The position numbers were made by a program, and so were the translations under genes. From Lactobacillales bacterium (GTDB taxonomy: Bacteria; Bacillota_I; Bacilli_A; RF39; UBA660), in contig SVAG01000002.1 of the NCBI GenBank assembly GCA_015059545.1, positions 109,654-173,653 of the forward strand: DNA of 64,000 nt. The letters run 5' to 3'. The notes under the pieces were generated by a model. It did no database searches. It was given only the letters and a program-made list of their open reading frames with translations, and was not told where the DNA came from. This document shows positions 9,361 through 20,062 of this stretch, piece after piece (positions within the stretch are counted from its first letter, which is position 1; each line of letters opens with the position of its first letter).

Positions 9361-10380
9361 TTATATTCTTTTTATATATTTTTCTAATACTTTACCTTCT
9401 ATTATTTCTTCTTTATTAAAATTATATTTTTCAATTATATCAAAAGGATTAGAAAAATCATTTTTATTTTTTGAAAGATCATTTATTTGATACATTGCTA
9501 ATTCTTTATCTTGTAAATATATATTATAAAATTCTAAAGCAAGTACCATTCCATATGTATATTCTAATATAGAGTATATTTGATTATATTTTTGTCTAAA
9601 ATCTAAATTTGTAATAATATCTTCTTTTAATAAATTTGATAAATCTTTTATGTTTTCTTCTAAATTATCTAGATATTCATATTTTACATTTTGAAAATCA
9701 ATCTTATTTTCAACTAAATAATCACCAAATACTAATTCTAAAAAATGGGAATATATTTCACATAAATAATTGCGTCTACATTCATTTGAATTATTAAAAT
9801 CATAAATGTGCCCAACTTCATGAATAGAATTAACTGCTGTAAATATAGAACCATAATCTTCTACTAATACATATGGTGTAAAATAATTACCATAAAAAGT
9901 TAGTCCATCATTTACAAAATCATATTCTTTGCTACTTAAATAAATAAATTTATTATTTTTTACACATTTTTTAAATGATTCAAATATTTTTTTATCAAAT
10001 TTATTAAGAAATTCAGCTACTAGTTCCTGGCTTTCTTCAATACTCATTTCTGTTAGACAATACTTAAATTGTTGATTTGGATAATTATTTAATATATATA
10101 TATAATTATCAGTTAATTCGTCATTAAAATCATAATTACTAGTATAAAAATTCTTTTGATTTCTTTCTATTTCTGTATAATCTTTAGAAAAAGTTTTATA
10201 TGAATAATTATCTACATTTAAAATATTATCTAATTGTATGATATTTGCTAATTCATATAGTTTTTCTAAATCGGATATTAATTTATCATACATTGATTTA
10301 GAGTGACATCTTTTCATTCTGCGAACTATATTTAAAATATCACTTCTAACCATTTGTTCTATTAAAATATCTGTTTCCAT
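9361..10380 (-). CDS. Hypothetical protein with an HExxH metallopeptidase-like motif (SIHEVGHIYDF)
   Basis: The ORF encodes 339 aa with no TM segment. Only the HEVGH motif is recognisable. Confidence 0.4.
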   Translation of the reverse strand: METDILIEQMVRSDILNIVRRMKRCHSKSMYDKLISDLEKLYELANIIQLDNILNVDNYSYKTFSKDYTEIERNQKNFYTSNYDFNDELTDNYIYILNNYPNQQFKYCLTEMSIEESQELVAEFLNKFDKKIFESFKKCVKNNKFIYLSSKEYDFVNDGLTFYGNYFTPYVLVEDYGSIFTAVNSIHEVGHIYDFNNSNECRRNYLCEIYSHFLELVFGDYLVENKIDFQNVKYEYLDNLEENIKDLSNLLKEDIITNLDFRQKYNQIYSILEYTYGMVLALEFYNIYLQDKELAMYQINDLSKNKNDFSNPFDIIEKYNFNKEEIIEGKVLEKYIKRI

Positions 10381-10476
10381 AAAACCCCAACCTTTTTAAA
10401 TATTATAAATATATTTTATTAAAAGTCAAGAAGTATAACTGTTAAATAATTACATATTATAATTATAGGTGTTTAT

Positions 10477-10950
10477 ATGAATATAGGTTTATATTTTTTA
10501 ATATTTATTTCTAAAGTTATTGAAAATGGACTTTCTACTTTAAGACTTATTGTAGTGGCTAATGGTAAAAAAATATTAGGTGCTTTTTTACAATTTGTGA
10601 TTTCTTTAGTATGGGTACTTGTTACTGGTATTGTTGTAAATGATTTAATTGAAGATCCATTAAAAGTAATATTTTTTGCATTAGGATCACTAGTTGGTTC
10701 TTATGCTGGAAGTATAATAGAAGAAAAAATAGCACTCGGTGATATATTAATAAATTGTATTACTAATAATATTGAAGTAAATAATTATATTAAATCAATT
10801 GGATATAATACTTCTATTTTAAAAACTGATAATAAAGATATATTATTATTTGTTATTCCAAGAAGAAAGAAAATTGATATTATAAACAATATTAAATTAA
10901 TCGATAAAGATGTATTAATATTCAGTGAAAAAGTTAAGAATTTCTCTTAA
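10477..10950 (+). CDS. Small membrane protein (UPF0316/DUF2179-like architecture)
   Basis: This 157-aa protein is one of the few plus-strand genes. It has three N-terminal hydrophobic helices followed by a soluble C-terminal domain. The family assignment is from memory only. Confidence 0.4.
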   Translation: MNIGLYFLIFISKVIENGLSTLRLIVVANGKKILGAFLQFVISLVWVLVTGIVVNDLIEDPLKVIFFALGSLVGSYAGSIIEEKIALGDILINCITNNIEVNNYIKSIGYNTSILKTDNKDILLFVIPRRKKIDIINNIKLIDKDVLIFSEKVKNFS

Positions 10951-10956
10951 CTTTTT

Positions 10957-11385
10957 TTATAAATATTTTTTTAATTTTTCAATATATTTTTCTTGTATTT
11001 CTACGTATTCTTCTATAATTTTATGTATTTTTTTATCTATATTTTTATTATTTAATATTTTTCTTCCTTCTATTATTCCCATGTTTGTTCCTTGAAGTAA
11101 AAGTTCTGCTATTTTAGAAGTACTTGTATCATTCATTGTTTTCATATTTATTTGTGACCAAGTCATAGCTTTTGTCATAGCACCGGTTTCATGTGGTTTA
11201 GAATCACTATATTCTCCATATATATCATCTATTTTTTTCTTTATTTTTTCATATTGTTGATATTGATCTTCTACTATTCTTTTTAATTCTTTTTCTTCTA
11301 TTTTATCTATGATGTCACGTGTTGCATCCATACCCATACAAGCACCTTTACTTATTTCATCTAATGCATTAATATTTTCTTCCAT
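10957..11385 (-). CDS. Hypothetical protein
   Basis: The ORF encodes 142 aa with ordinary codon usage. A hairpin lies upstream at 11411..11429. Confidence 0.4.
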   Translation of the reverse strand: MEENINALDEISKGACMGMDATRDIIDKIEEKELKRIVEDQYQQYEKIKKKIDDIYGEYSDSKPHETGAMTKAMTWSQINMKTMNDTSTSKIAELLLQGTNMGIIEGRKILNNKNIDKKIHKIIEEYVEIQEKYIEKLKKYL

Positions 11386-11435
11386 ATTCTAGTCCTTTCT
11401 ATTTAACAAAAAGTCTCTTTAAGAGACTTTTTTAC

Positions 11436-11586
11436 TACATCATATCTTCTAGCATATTATCTGTTTTTTTCATTATTTTATCAGTCATTTTTTCCATTTT
11501 CTTCATCATTGGTTTTCTATATTTTTGATATGCTAAAACAGCTCCTGCACCCATTAACATGTATGCTATATCCATCTTTTTCATTT
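11436..11586 (-). CDS. Possible small protein of ~49 aa (MKKMDIAYMLMGAGAVLAYQKYRKPMMKKMEKMTDKIMKKTDNMLEDMM)
   Basis: This is a hand-translated ORF that is absent from the track because it is under 60 aa. It is followed by a hairpin at 11411..11429. It is weakly supported. Confidence 0.25.
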
Positions 11587-11670
11587 AATCACCTTCTTGC
11601 TAAAAAATATGAATAAATGTATGTACACAAACTAATACATACATTATTATTTTATCTAGCTTTTTTTATT

Positions 11671-13878
11671 TTATACATTTTCTTTTAATTTTTCTTTTAA
11701 AGTTGTTTTTCTCGTTTCTTCAGAATTATTTTTTATTCCATATTTAAATGCTTCTGCTTCACCTAATATAATTAATTTTCTTTTAGCTCTAGTGATTCCT
11801 GTATATATTAATTTTTTATATAGCATTCTTTTATAACTGGTACTTACTAATAATACTACTGTATCAAATTCACTTCCTTGTGATTTATGTACACTTATAA
11901 TATATCCATGTTTTATTTTATTAAAATCAGTTGGTAAGAATTTTACTACATTACCATCAAAATCAATATATATTTCATTCTTTTTACTTTTTGAAGTATT
12001 TGCTTCTTTTATATATTTAATTACTCCTATATCTCCATTATAAACATTTTCTTCTGGCATATTAGTAAGTAGTAATATTTTATCGTTTTCTCTAAATATT
12101 ACATCTCCTACTTTTATTTCTCTAGTAAATTCATTCTTAGGATTAAATATATCTTGTAATTCTTTATTTATATTATCTATTCCATTTACTCCTATATACA
12201 TTGGAGCCATTATTTGTACTTTTTTATAATCATATCCTTTTTCTATTAATGTTTTTGATAATTCTTTTATATTTTTTACAATTGATATTCTATTACAATT
12301 TAAAAATGTATAATCATCTTTTGTTGTTAAAAAATCATCACTTAAATTATCGTTTTTAATCTCATCAGCTAGTATTGGTATATATGATTCATTACTTTGT
12401 CTATATAGATAATTTAAATTAATTGTATTTATTATTTCACTTTCTATTAAATCTTTTAATATTTGTCCTATTCCAACACTTGGTAATTGATTATAATCTC
12501 CTACAAGTATTAGTTTAATATTATTTGTAAGTCCTTTAAACAAACTACTTAAAAGACTTATATCTATCATACTTACTTCATCTACAATTATTAAATTACT
12601 TAAATCTTTATTATATTCATTTATAGAAAAAGCATTTGTTTCTTTATTCCATTTTAAAAATCTATGGATTGTTGATGCTTTTAAATTAGTTGATTCACTC
12701 ATTCTTTTACTAGCTCTACCTGTTGGAGCAAGAAGTGCAATTCTTTCTTCTATTTCTTTTTCTTTTAGTTTATTTATTTTTATATATAAATCTACTATTG
12801 CTTTTATAATTGTAGTTTTTCCAGTACCTGGTCCTCCAGTTATAATTGTAATATTATTTATTAAAGATGATTTAATGGCATTTATTTGTTCTTCATTATA
12901 AATGATATTATTATTTTCTTGTAATCTTTCTATTAATTCATCTATATTTTTAATATTGTCTTTTTGTTTAGAATTTAAATAATTAATTTTTTCAACAATT
13001 ATTTTTTCAGAATCATATAATTCTTTTACATAGTATTTATCATCTTCCTCAACTACTTTTCCTTCATATCTAAGTTCATCTATATAATTGATAAAATCAT
13101 TTTCTTCTATATCTAAGTTTAAATATGAAATGACATTCTTTTTTATTTCATCAAAATATAGATAAGTATCTTTATTTTGATAAGATATAGTATTCATAAC
13201 ATAATAAATACATGCTTTTATTCTTTCTATACTTGTTTCATCTGTTAATTTTTTATTTATTTCATCTATTTTTAAAAATGAAATATCTAAATCTGTATCT
13301 AGTATACTATATATATTTTGTTCTATTTTATAAATTGTATTACTTTTAAATTTATTATATATAGCAAGTGCATCTTTTAGACTAAATCCTATTTCTGTTA
13401 AATAAACAATTGTTTTATGACTTTCTTCATATTTATTTAGTGTATCTACTATTACTTTTATTTTCTTTTCAGTTATAGTTGGTACTAAATATAAACAGTT
13501 TTCTTCTTCTAATATTCTATCTAATGTATTATCTCCTAATGTTTCTACTATTTTAGTAGCAAGTTTTTTCCCTATTCCTTTAAATAAATCACTTGATAAA
13601 AATTCTATTATTGAATCTTTATCTTCTGGTTTAATTCTTTCATAATTTTTTACATTATATTGAAAACCATATTTTATATGTTCTACTGCTTCTCCATAAA
13701 AGATATATTTATCATCTTCATTAAGTTCTGCAAATGTTCCTGTAAATGTTATTGTTTTATTTAAATAATCAATTACATCATCATCATTTGTATCTTCTAT
13801 TTTAAATATACCTATTATAAATCCATTATCACCTTTAAATATTGATCTTTTATATATTCCTTTTATATAGTTTTCCAT
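11671..13878 (-). CDS. recD2: ATP-dependent RecD-like DNA helicase (RecD2/YrrC)
   Basis: The 735-aa protein has a Walker A motif (ITGGPGTGKTT) and C-terminal SF1 motifs (SVHKSQGSEFDTVVLL, TGITRAKRKL). Confidence 0.85.
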   Translation of the reverse strand: MENYIKGIYKRSIFKGDNGFIIGIFKIEDTNDDDVIDYLNKTITFTGTFAELNEDDKYIFYGEAVEHIKYGFQYNVKNYERIKPEDKDSIIEFLSSDLFKGIGKKLATKIVETLGDNTLDRILEEENCLYLVPTITEKKIKVIVDTLNKYEESHKTIVYLTEIGFSLKDALAIYNKFKSNTIYKIEQNIYSILDTDLDISFLKIDEINKKLTDETSIERIKACIYYVMNTISYQNKDTYLYFDEIKKNVISYLNLDIEENDFINYIDELRYEGKVVEEDDKYYVKELYDSEKIIVEKINYLNSKQKDNIKNIDELIERLQENNNIIYNEEQINAIKSSLINNITIITGGPGTGKTTIIKAIVDLYIKINKLKEKEIEERIALLAPTGRASKRMSESTNLKASTIHRFLKWNKETNAFSINEYNKDLSNLIIVDEVSMIDISLLSSLFKGLTNNIKLILVGDYNQLPSVGIGQILKDLIESEIINTINLNYLYRQSNESYIPILADEIKNDNLSDDFLTTKDDYTFLNCNRISIVKNIKELSKTLIEKGYDYKKVQIMAPMYIGVNGIDNINKELQDIFNPKNEFTREIKVGDVIFRENDKILLLTNMPEENVYNGDIGVIKYIKEANTSKSKKNEIYIDFDGNVVKFLPTDFNKIKHGYIISVHKSQGSEFDTVVLLVSTSYKRMLYKKLIYTGITRAKRKLIILGEAEAFKYGIKNNSEETRKTTLKEKLKENV

Positions 13879-13924
13879 ATAATCACCTAATTAATTGTAT
13901 CATTTTTTTTATACAAAAAAAAGT

Positions 13925-14647
13925 CTAACGTACTTTTACATCAGACTCTTCTATTTTTGTTACTCCTGGCATTGTATCAAAATCTCTATATTGTTCCATG
14001 TCATCTATCATTTTTTGTGTTTGTTCTTGATTAAATTGTTCTTGTTGTGCTTCAAATTCACTTATTTGTTGTTGTAGTTGTTGTTCTTCTACTTTTTTAT
14101 CTTGATAAAATTGTTCCATTGCTGCTTCATGATTTTTTTGCATTTCTAAATTTTGTTGCATTTCAATAGCTCCACTTTCTTCAAGTTCACGTTCGAAATT
14201 TTCATTATCCCATTCAACTACTTTTTTTGCAGCATAATCTAATACTGGTGCTGCTTTTTCTACTACAAAGGCACCTGCTAGAACTATACAAGCTCCCACA
14301 AATACTTTTTTCATTCTTGCTTCTTGTATTTCTTTTCTTTTTAATTTCATTAATTTACATATAGTATTTAATTCTTTTATCATTTGCTTATTTGCTTTTA
14401 AAGAAGATGCTGGTATTATTACGTTATAATCTTTAAAAGTATCAAATTTAGCAGTATACTTTATACCATGTTCATCTCTACTTCTTGTGATATTTTTACA
14501 TCCTTTATATCCATAAGCTTTTTTTAAATTATCTACTATATCTTCTTTTGGTATATTATTTCTATTTGCTCCTATATCAAATCCACATGTTTCATTAACA
14601 TATACGTTTATTATGTTCATAGTTCCACCTCTATTATAATATATCAT
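13925..14647 (-). CDS. Hypothetical single-TM protein with a Q/E-rich coiled-coil tail
   Basis: The ORF is ~230-240 aa. The start is uncertain (the internal MNIINVYV is a possibility). The TM segment is VFVGACIVLAGAFVV. Confidence 0.4.
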   Translation of the reverse strand: MIYYNRGGTMNIINVYVNETCGFDIGANRNNIPKEDIVDNLKKAYGYKGCKNITRSRDEHGIKYTAKFDTFKDYNVIIPASSLKANKQMIKELNTICKLMKLKRKEIQEARMKKVFVGACIVLAGAFVVEKAAPVLDYAAKKVVEWDNENFERELEESGAIEMQQNLEMQKNHEAAMEQFYQDKKVEEQQLQQQISEFEAQQEQFNQEQTQKMIDDMEQYRDFDTMPGVTKIEESDVKVR

Positions 14648-14702
14648 TATAAATTTTTAGTGTCAATTTAGTTTTACATTTGTTTACAATGATTTAGTTA
14701 AA

Positions 14703-16007
14703 CTATTCTCTTATTAATGATTTTTGTACTTTTATTACTGGACGTATACCTGCATCATGTATATTACCAACATAACGAGCTTGCAAATTACCTCTTTCTG
14801 ATACACGATAAGCTTGTGTGCTATTACCATTAGACTCAGTTGTCATAGTAGATGTCCAATATCCAGCTATTTTTTCAGTTGAAGAAACCTCACCATAAGC
14901 ATAATAATTATAATAATTTCTATCACTTATATTACATCCATAATCGATACAACCATCTGATGTACTATAAGCTGTATAATCATATAACCATGCATATTTA
15001 GATTTAGTTGTAAGACTAGCAACTTTGGTTTTCCATGTTGTATCTGTTCCATTTAATCCATCTAAATAATAATCTGACACTGTTGTTCCAATTTCAGGTG
15101 TATCATAAGTATATGTAAGGTTACTTGCCCATTTTAATGATGTATTTGCTCCTGTTATCTCTGCTACTTCATCTGCTGTTATTAATCTTGCTTTATACCC
15201 TGTATAATCAAAATTATCTATAGTTTCTGATAATGATAATTTTGAATCCCATGATGATGTTTTGTTATTTAAGAAATTTGCAGCATCAGTCATTACACCT
15301 GGTTTATCTGATATGGAATGGCTCCAAGCTAATGTACCTGTTATATTATGATCTAATATCATTAAATAATTTGTTCCATCATCTTTATATGCATACCATT
15401 TCATACATCCTGTTGTTATTTCTGTAGGTGTACCATTACTATTTACATTATTTGCTGCATCTTCACTAGTACATGTTTTTGTTAAATCTGTTGGATCTAA
15501 ATATACTATTTTTAGTAATCCTTTTGTTGTATTTTTATCTGGATCTTCACTTGTTGGGCCAGTTACTACTTCTTCAGGTTGTTGGTTTTCTGGTTGCTCT
15601 TCTTTTTCTTCTTTATTTTCATTGTCAGTTGCTTTTCCTTCTACTGTTGCTTCTCCATCTTCATATTTTACTTCATATCCATTTATTACTAGTGTTGCTT
15701 TTATTACTCTTCCTGATGAATCTACTTCAATTGTTCCACTTGTTGGTTTTGTTCCTTTTACGTTTACTTTGCTATTAAATGATGTTACTTCTCCTGATTC
15801 TATTTTTTTATAATTACCATTTAATTGTGACATTGCGTTATTATAATCTATCGCCTCTATATATCCGTATGCTGAGTCTACTGCTGCTGACTTTCTTGCA
15901 TCATTTATCATATTTAATATGATTGGTGTTGCTATAAGTGCTATTATTGCTAGTATTACTATTACTGCTAATAGTTCTATAAGTGTAAAACCTTTTTTAT
16001 TCTTCAT
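14703..16007 (-). CDS. Modular type IV pilin-like protein, copy 2
   Basis: The N-terminal ~118 aa are the same as copy 1. The C-terminal part has the motifs ARLITADEVAEI ... GYWTSTMTT ... AGIRPVIKV, separated by a T/S/N/Y-rich stretch. Confidence 0.8.
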   Translation of the reverse strand: MKNKKGFTLIELLAVIVILAIIALIATPIILNMINDARKSAAVDSAYGYIEAIDYNNAMSQLNGNYKKIESGEVTSFNSKVNVKGTKPTSGTIEVDSSGRVIKATLVINGYEVKYEDGEATVEGKATDNENKEEKEEQPENQQPEEVVTGPTSEDPDKNTTKGLLKIVYLDPTDLTKTCTSEDAANNVNSNGTPTEITTGCMKWYAYKDDGTNYLMILDHNITGTLAWSHSISDKPGVMTDAANFLNNKTSSWDSKLSLSETIDNFDYTGYKARLITADEVAEITGANTSLKWASNLTYTYDTPEIGTTVSDYYLDGLNGTDTTWKTKVASLTTKSKYAWLYDYTAYSTSDGCIDYGCNISDRNYYNYYAYGEVSSTEKIAGYWTSTMTTESNGNSTQAYRVSERGNLQARYVGNIHDAGIRPVIKVQKSLIRE

Positions 16008-16087
16008 TTTATCTCTCCTATTCTTTATAATTAGTATACCATTTTTTTTGATTTTGAAAACAAAAAAATAAGGTATTTTACACCTTA
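15641..16087 (-). repeat. Conserved pilin cassette 5' module, repeat copy B
   Basis: It is nearly identical to 5041..5482, including the ext -10 TGgTATACT, the RBS and the aaggtat-ttt-acacctt hairpin. Confidence 0.7.
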
Positions 16088-16093
16088 TTTACT

Positions 16094-17392
16094 TTATTTT
16101 TCTTTGCATCCAATAATATATGGATATTCTACATATTTTAATTTAATTTTTACATTTTCACCAATTAAGTTTTCTTCACCTTTTATTTTTACATTTAAAT
16201 AGTTTCCTGTATGTCCTATTAAATATTCATCTTTAATGATTTCTGGTATAAATACAACTTCTTTATCTATAAATTTTTCCATATATTTTATTTCTAATTC
16301 TTTAGATAAAGTCATTAATATTTTTACACGTTCTTTTTTTATTTTTTCATCAATTTGATTTTCCATCTCATCTGCTACTGTTCCTTTTCTTCTAGAATAA
16401 GGGAATACATGTAATTTAGTAAATTCTACTTTTTTTATAGTTTCTATTGTTTCTTTAAATTCTTCTTCTGTTTCACCAGGAAAACCTGTTATTACATCTG
16501 TTGTTACTGACATATCTGGTCTTATCTTTCTTATTTTTTCTATTTTTTCTATAAAATATTTTTTATCATATTTTCTATTCATTCTTTTAAGTACTGTATC
16601 ACTTCCTGATTGAAGTGGTATATGCATATGATCTACTAATATTTTATTATTTTCTAAAACACTCAAAAACTCATCTGTTAATTCAGTTATTTCAATTGAA
16701 GAAATTCTAAGTCTTTCTAATTTTTCTATTTTACATAAATCAGTTAATAGATTAGAAAAGTTATAATTATCTAAATCACTTCCATAATGTCCTGTATGTA
16801 TACCTGTTAAAACTATTTCTTTATGTCCATTACTAACTAATTCTTTTACTTCTTTTATAACACTTAGACTATCTTTACTTCTAACATTTCCTCTTACATA
16901 TGGAATAATACAATATGAACAATAATTATTACATCCATCTTGTATTTTTACAAACGCTCTTGTTTTATTAAAGTTATTTAAAATCATTGGTTCAAATGTA
17001 GTATCCATCATATCATATATATCTAGTTTTTGATTTTTTGTTTTTATATATTCATCTATATATTCTACTATTTTTGATTTTCCAATATTTCCTAAAACTA
17101 TATCTACACCATCTATTTTTAGTACTTCTTCTTTTTTATTTTGACTCATACATCCAACTACTACTATAATAGCATCTTTATTCTCTTTTATAGCATGTCT
17201 TACTGTTTTTAAAGATTTATTATCTGCAGTATTTGTTACTGTACAAGTATTAATTATTGATATATCTGCTTTTTCATCTACTGATACTTCTATATAACCT
17301 TTATTTTTTAATAAATCACTCATTACATTTGATTCATATGTATTTACTTTACATCCTAATGTATATATATTAAACTTCATATTTACCTCCAA
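16094..17392 (-). CDS. mtaB: MiaB-family radical SAM methylthiotransferase with a C-terminal TRAM domain, probably the tRNA t6A37 methylthiotransferase MtaB
   Basis: The N-terminus is MKFNIYTLGCKVNTYES, and the radical SAM motif is CNNYCSYCIIP. The position after rsmE matches the yqeT-yqeV arrangement. Confidence 0.7.
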   Translation of the reverse strand: MEVNMKFNIYTLGCKVNTYESNVMSDLLKNKGYIEVSVDEKADISIINTCTVTNTADNKSLKTVRHAIKENKDAIIVVVGCMSQNKKEEVLKIDGVDIVLGNIGKSKIVEYIDEYIKTKNQKLDIYDMMDTTFEPMILNNFNKTRAFVKIQDGCNNYCSYCIIPYVRGNVRSKDSLSVIKEVKELVSNGHKEIVLTGIHTGHYGSDLDNYNFSNLLTDLCKIEKLERLRISSIEITELTDEFLSVLENNKILVDHMHIPLQSGSDTVLKRMNRKYDKKYFIEKIEKIRKIRPDMSVTTDVITGFPGETEEEFKETIETIKKVEFTKLHVFPYSRRKGTVADEMENQIDEKIKKERVKILMTLSKELEIKYMEKFIDKEVVFIPEIIKDEYLIGHTGNYLNVKIKGEENLIGENVKIKLKYVEYPYIIGCKEK

Positions 17393-17429
17393 AAAAACTA
17401 GAAATTAAATTCTAGTTTATTATATCATA

Positions 17430-18179
17430 TTAATCTAAATTTTTTCTAAATTCTTTTAATGCTTTTAAGAAATCATCATTTTTCTTAATTTCTGCTTCAA
17501 GTCTTCTAGTATCTACTATTTTTTCTTCATAATCCATATCTAATGAATCAAATAATGAAATAGTTTCTTCTTCATCTTCTTGTCTTATTAGTTTTGGTAC
17601 TGTTGGATATTTAATTTCATTATCTTGTTTACCAAAAATTGGAGATATAAAATCTGTATTTTTGAATTTTTTATTTGTATCTACAATTGGTTCTAATCGT
17701 ATTGTATCTTCATTATCAAATTCTTCTATTTCAATTTTTTCTTCTTTTATATCTTCTTCAATTTTTACTTGAGTTACTTTTGATTCTATTTCTTTTTTTT
17801 CTTTTACACTTTTTAAAAGTTCTTGATAACTTATTATAGAGTTTTCTTCTTGTTCATTTTCAAAGTTAGTTACTACATCTTCTGGAGTTGCTTCTAAATC
17901 TTTTTGCATCTTCATTAGCATTTCTTCTACTTCACGTTTATTTTCTTCTAATTTTAAATCTTGTTTTTCTTCTTTTTCTTTATCTTCTATTTTTATTTCT
18001 TCTTTTATTGTCTCTTCTTCTAATTCACTTAATATTTCGTCTATTTCTTTTTTATCTTCTTTTTTTTCTCTTATTACTAAATAAATTATACAACCAAAAT
18101 TAATTATTAAAATACCTATTAATATTGATAAAAACAATGTATGATTAGATGCTATTTTAAGTAACTCCATTATAATCAC
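17430..18179 (-). CDS. Hypothetical acidic coiled-coil protein with an N-terminal TM anchor
   Basis: The 249-aa protein is E/K-rich. The ORF overlaps the stop of rsmE by 4 nt. Confidence 0.4.
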   Translation of the reverse strand: MIIMELLKIASNHTLFLSILIGILIINFGCIIYLVIREKKEDKKEIDEILSELEEETIKEEIKIEDKEKEEKQDLKLEENKREVEEMLMKMQKDLEATPEDVVTNFENEQEENSIISYQELLKSVKEKKEIESKVTQVKIEEDIKEEKIEIEEFDNEDTIRLEPIVDTNKKFKNTDFISPIFGKQDNEIKYPTVPKLIRQEDEEETISLFDSLDMDYEEKIVDTRRLEAEIKKNDDFLKALKEFRKNLD

Positions 18180-18889
18180 TCCATAAATTCATAATTAATT
18201 ACACTTAATAAAAATAAAGGAACTGTTTCTACTCTCATTATTCTACTACCTAATGTAATAGATTCAAATCCTATTTTATTAAGTTCAGTTTCTTCTTTTT
18301 CATCTAGTCCACCTTCTGGACCCATTACTAAATTAATTCTATCACAATTTTTTACATTTTTCATTACTAATTTTATATTTTTCGATTTTTCTTTTGTACT
18401 ACATACATATTTAAAACCTTCTAGATTTTGTAATTCTTTTATAGTTAAGATATCATTTATTTTTGGAATATCTACTCTATGTGATTGTTCACTTGCTTCT
18501 TTTACTATACGCATCCATCTTGTAATTTTTTTATCATAATCTGATGGTTTTAGCTTTATAATACTTCGTTTTGTTAAAATTGGAATTATTTTAGAAACTC
18601 CTAGTTCTGTACTTTTTTGAAGTATTAAATCCATTTTTTGTTCTTTTAAAATTGGAACTATGAGTGTTATCTCAGGAGTATTATAATCTATTTTTTCTAA
18701 TTCTTTTTTTATAATAATACCTATATTTTCCTTTACATTTTCTAGACAACATAAATAAGCTTTTTTATCGTTAACAACAATTATTTCATCATTATCTTTC
18801 ATTCTCATTACTGTTCTTATATGATATATATCATCATCACTTAATACGAATCTATTATCTATTTTTTCTTTACTAAAATATCTTTGCAC
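18176..18889 (-). CDS. rsmE: 16S rRNA (uracil1498-N3)-methyltransferase RsmE
   Basis: The 237-aa protein has a C-terminal SPOUT motif (NLVMGPEGGL). Confidence 0.75.
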   Translation of the reverse strand: MQRYFSKEKIDNRFVLSDDDIYHIRTVMRMKDNDEIIVVNDKKAYLCCLENVKENIGIIIKKELEKIDYNTPEITLIVPILKEQKMDLILQKSTELGVSKIIPILTKRSIIKLKPSDYDKKITRWMRIVKEASEQSHRVDIPKINDILTIKELQNLEGFKYVCSTKEKSKNIKLVMKNVKNCDRINLVMGPEGGLDEKEETELNKIGFESITLGSRIMRVETVPLFLLSVINYEFME

Positions 18890-18947
18890 AATATCACCAA
18901 CTTCATTATATCAAATTTATTTAATTTTTACATAAAAAAACAGATTT

Positions 18948-19253
18948 TTATCTGTTTTCTTCTATCCAGCTAATTAACCCTTCTTTACTAGTCATTCCTA
19001 CTCTTTTTTCTATTATCTCTCCATTTTTAAATAATATTATTGTAGGAATTGTCATGATACCATATTGTTTTGAAATAATTTGATGTTTATCTACATCTAC
19101 TTTTACAAGTGTTATATCAGTTTCATTTATTACTTCATCTAATATAGGGTTTAACATACGACATGGTCCACACCAACTTGCATAAAAATCTACTAAGACT
19201 AATTCTTTACTTATTATTTCATTAAAATTTTCATCATTTAAATCTATCTTCAT
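18948..19253 (-). CDS. trxA: Thioredoxin
   Basis: The protein is 101 aa with a WCGPC active site. Confidence 0.85.
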   Translation of the reverse strand: MKIDLNDENFNEIISKELVLVDFYASWCGPCRMLNPILDEVINETDITLVKVDVDKHQIISKQYGIMTIPTIILFKNGEIIEKRVGMTSKEGLISWIEENR

Positions 19254-19254
19254 A

Positions 19255-19968
19255 TTATGCCTCCTTATATTTATCTAGTAATTTATCAATATCCTTTATT
19301 TTTAATTTATCTTTTTCTACTAATTTATCTATTGATTCTACTTTTACTATTTTATATTCTAGCATAACATCTATAGTTTTATAATCAAATTCTTCTATTG
19401 TACCTTTATTTCCATACTCTTCTATTAAATTTTCTATTTCTTTACTTGCTTTAACTGTTTCTTTTGTTAAAGTTGTAAGTATTGGTGTATTATTTAATAA
19501 AGTATCTGATATTTTAGAATTTCTTATAAATGGTACATTAAAGAATGGTAAGTTTATAATATAAACTATTATAAAACTCCATACGATTCCTTCTAAAATA
19601 CCTACTATAAATCCTAATATTTTTGATGGAACACCTAATATAAAGGTCATTTTAAGTAATTTTTCTATTAATGATGTTGCGAATAATAAAAATCTAAAAA
19701 TAATCATTAATATAGATAAAACTATAAGAAATGATATTATTTCATATAAAAGTATATTTAAAGATGTTGCTCCTTTTACTAACCATGAAAATTTAAAAAA
19801 TGGTAAATTTTCATACATTAACATCGATATTGGATTTTTAAATATAAAGGATAATACTAGTATGACAAAAAATCCTAAAAATGATACTAATTCTTTTGTA
19901 AATCCTCTTTTATAACCTAAATGTGCACTACTAAATATAATTAAAACTAAAATAATATCTAATATCAT
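19255..19968 (-). CDS. CvpA-family membrane protein
   Basis: The N-terminus MILDIILVLIIFSSAHLGYKRGFTKELVSF is typical of CvpA. There are four TM helices. The gene sits next to rnhC as in Bacillus yshB. Confidence 0.6.
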   Translation of the reverse strand: MILDIILVLIIFSSAHLGYKRGFTKELVSFLGFFVILVLSFIFKNPISMLMYENLPFFKFSWLVKGATSLNILLYEIISFLIVLSILMIIFRFLLFATSLIEKLLKMTFILGVPSKILGFIVGILEGIVWSFIIVYIINLPFFNVPFIRNSKISDTLLNNTPILTTLTKETVKASKEIENLIEEYGNKGTIEEFDYKTIDVMLEYKIVKVESIDKLVEKDKLKIKDIDKLLDKYKEA

Positions 19969-20062
19969 AATAACTACCTCTATTTAATTATATTATAATT
20001 TTTTATAAAAAGAAAGAAATTTATTTTTTTTTATGATAAAATAAATATAGGTTGGTGATATT

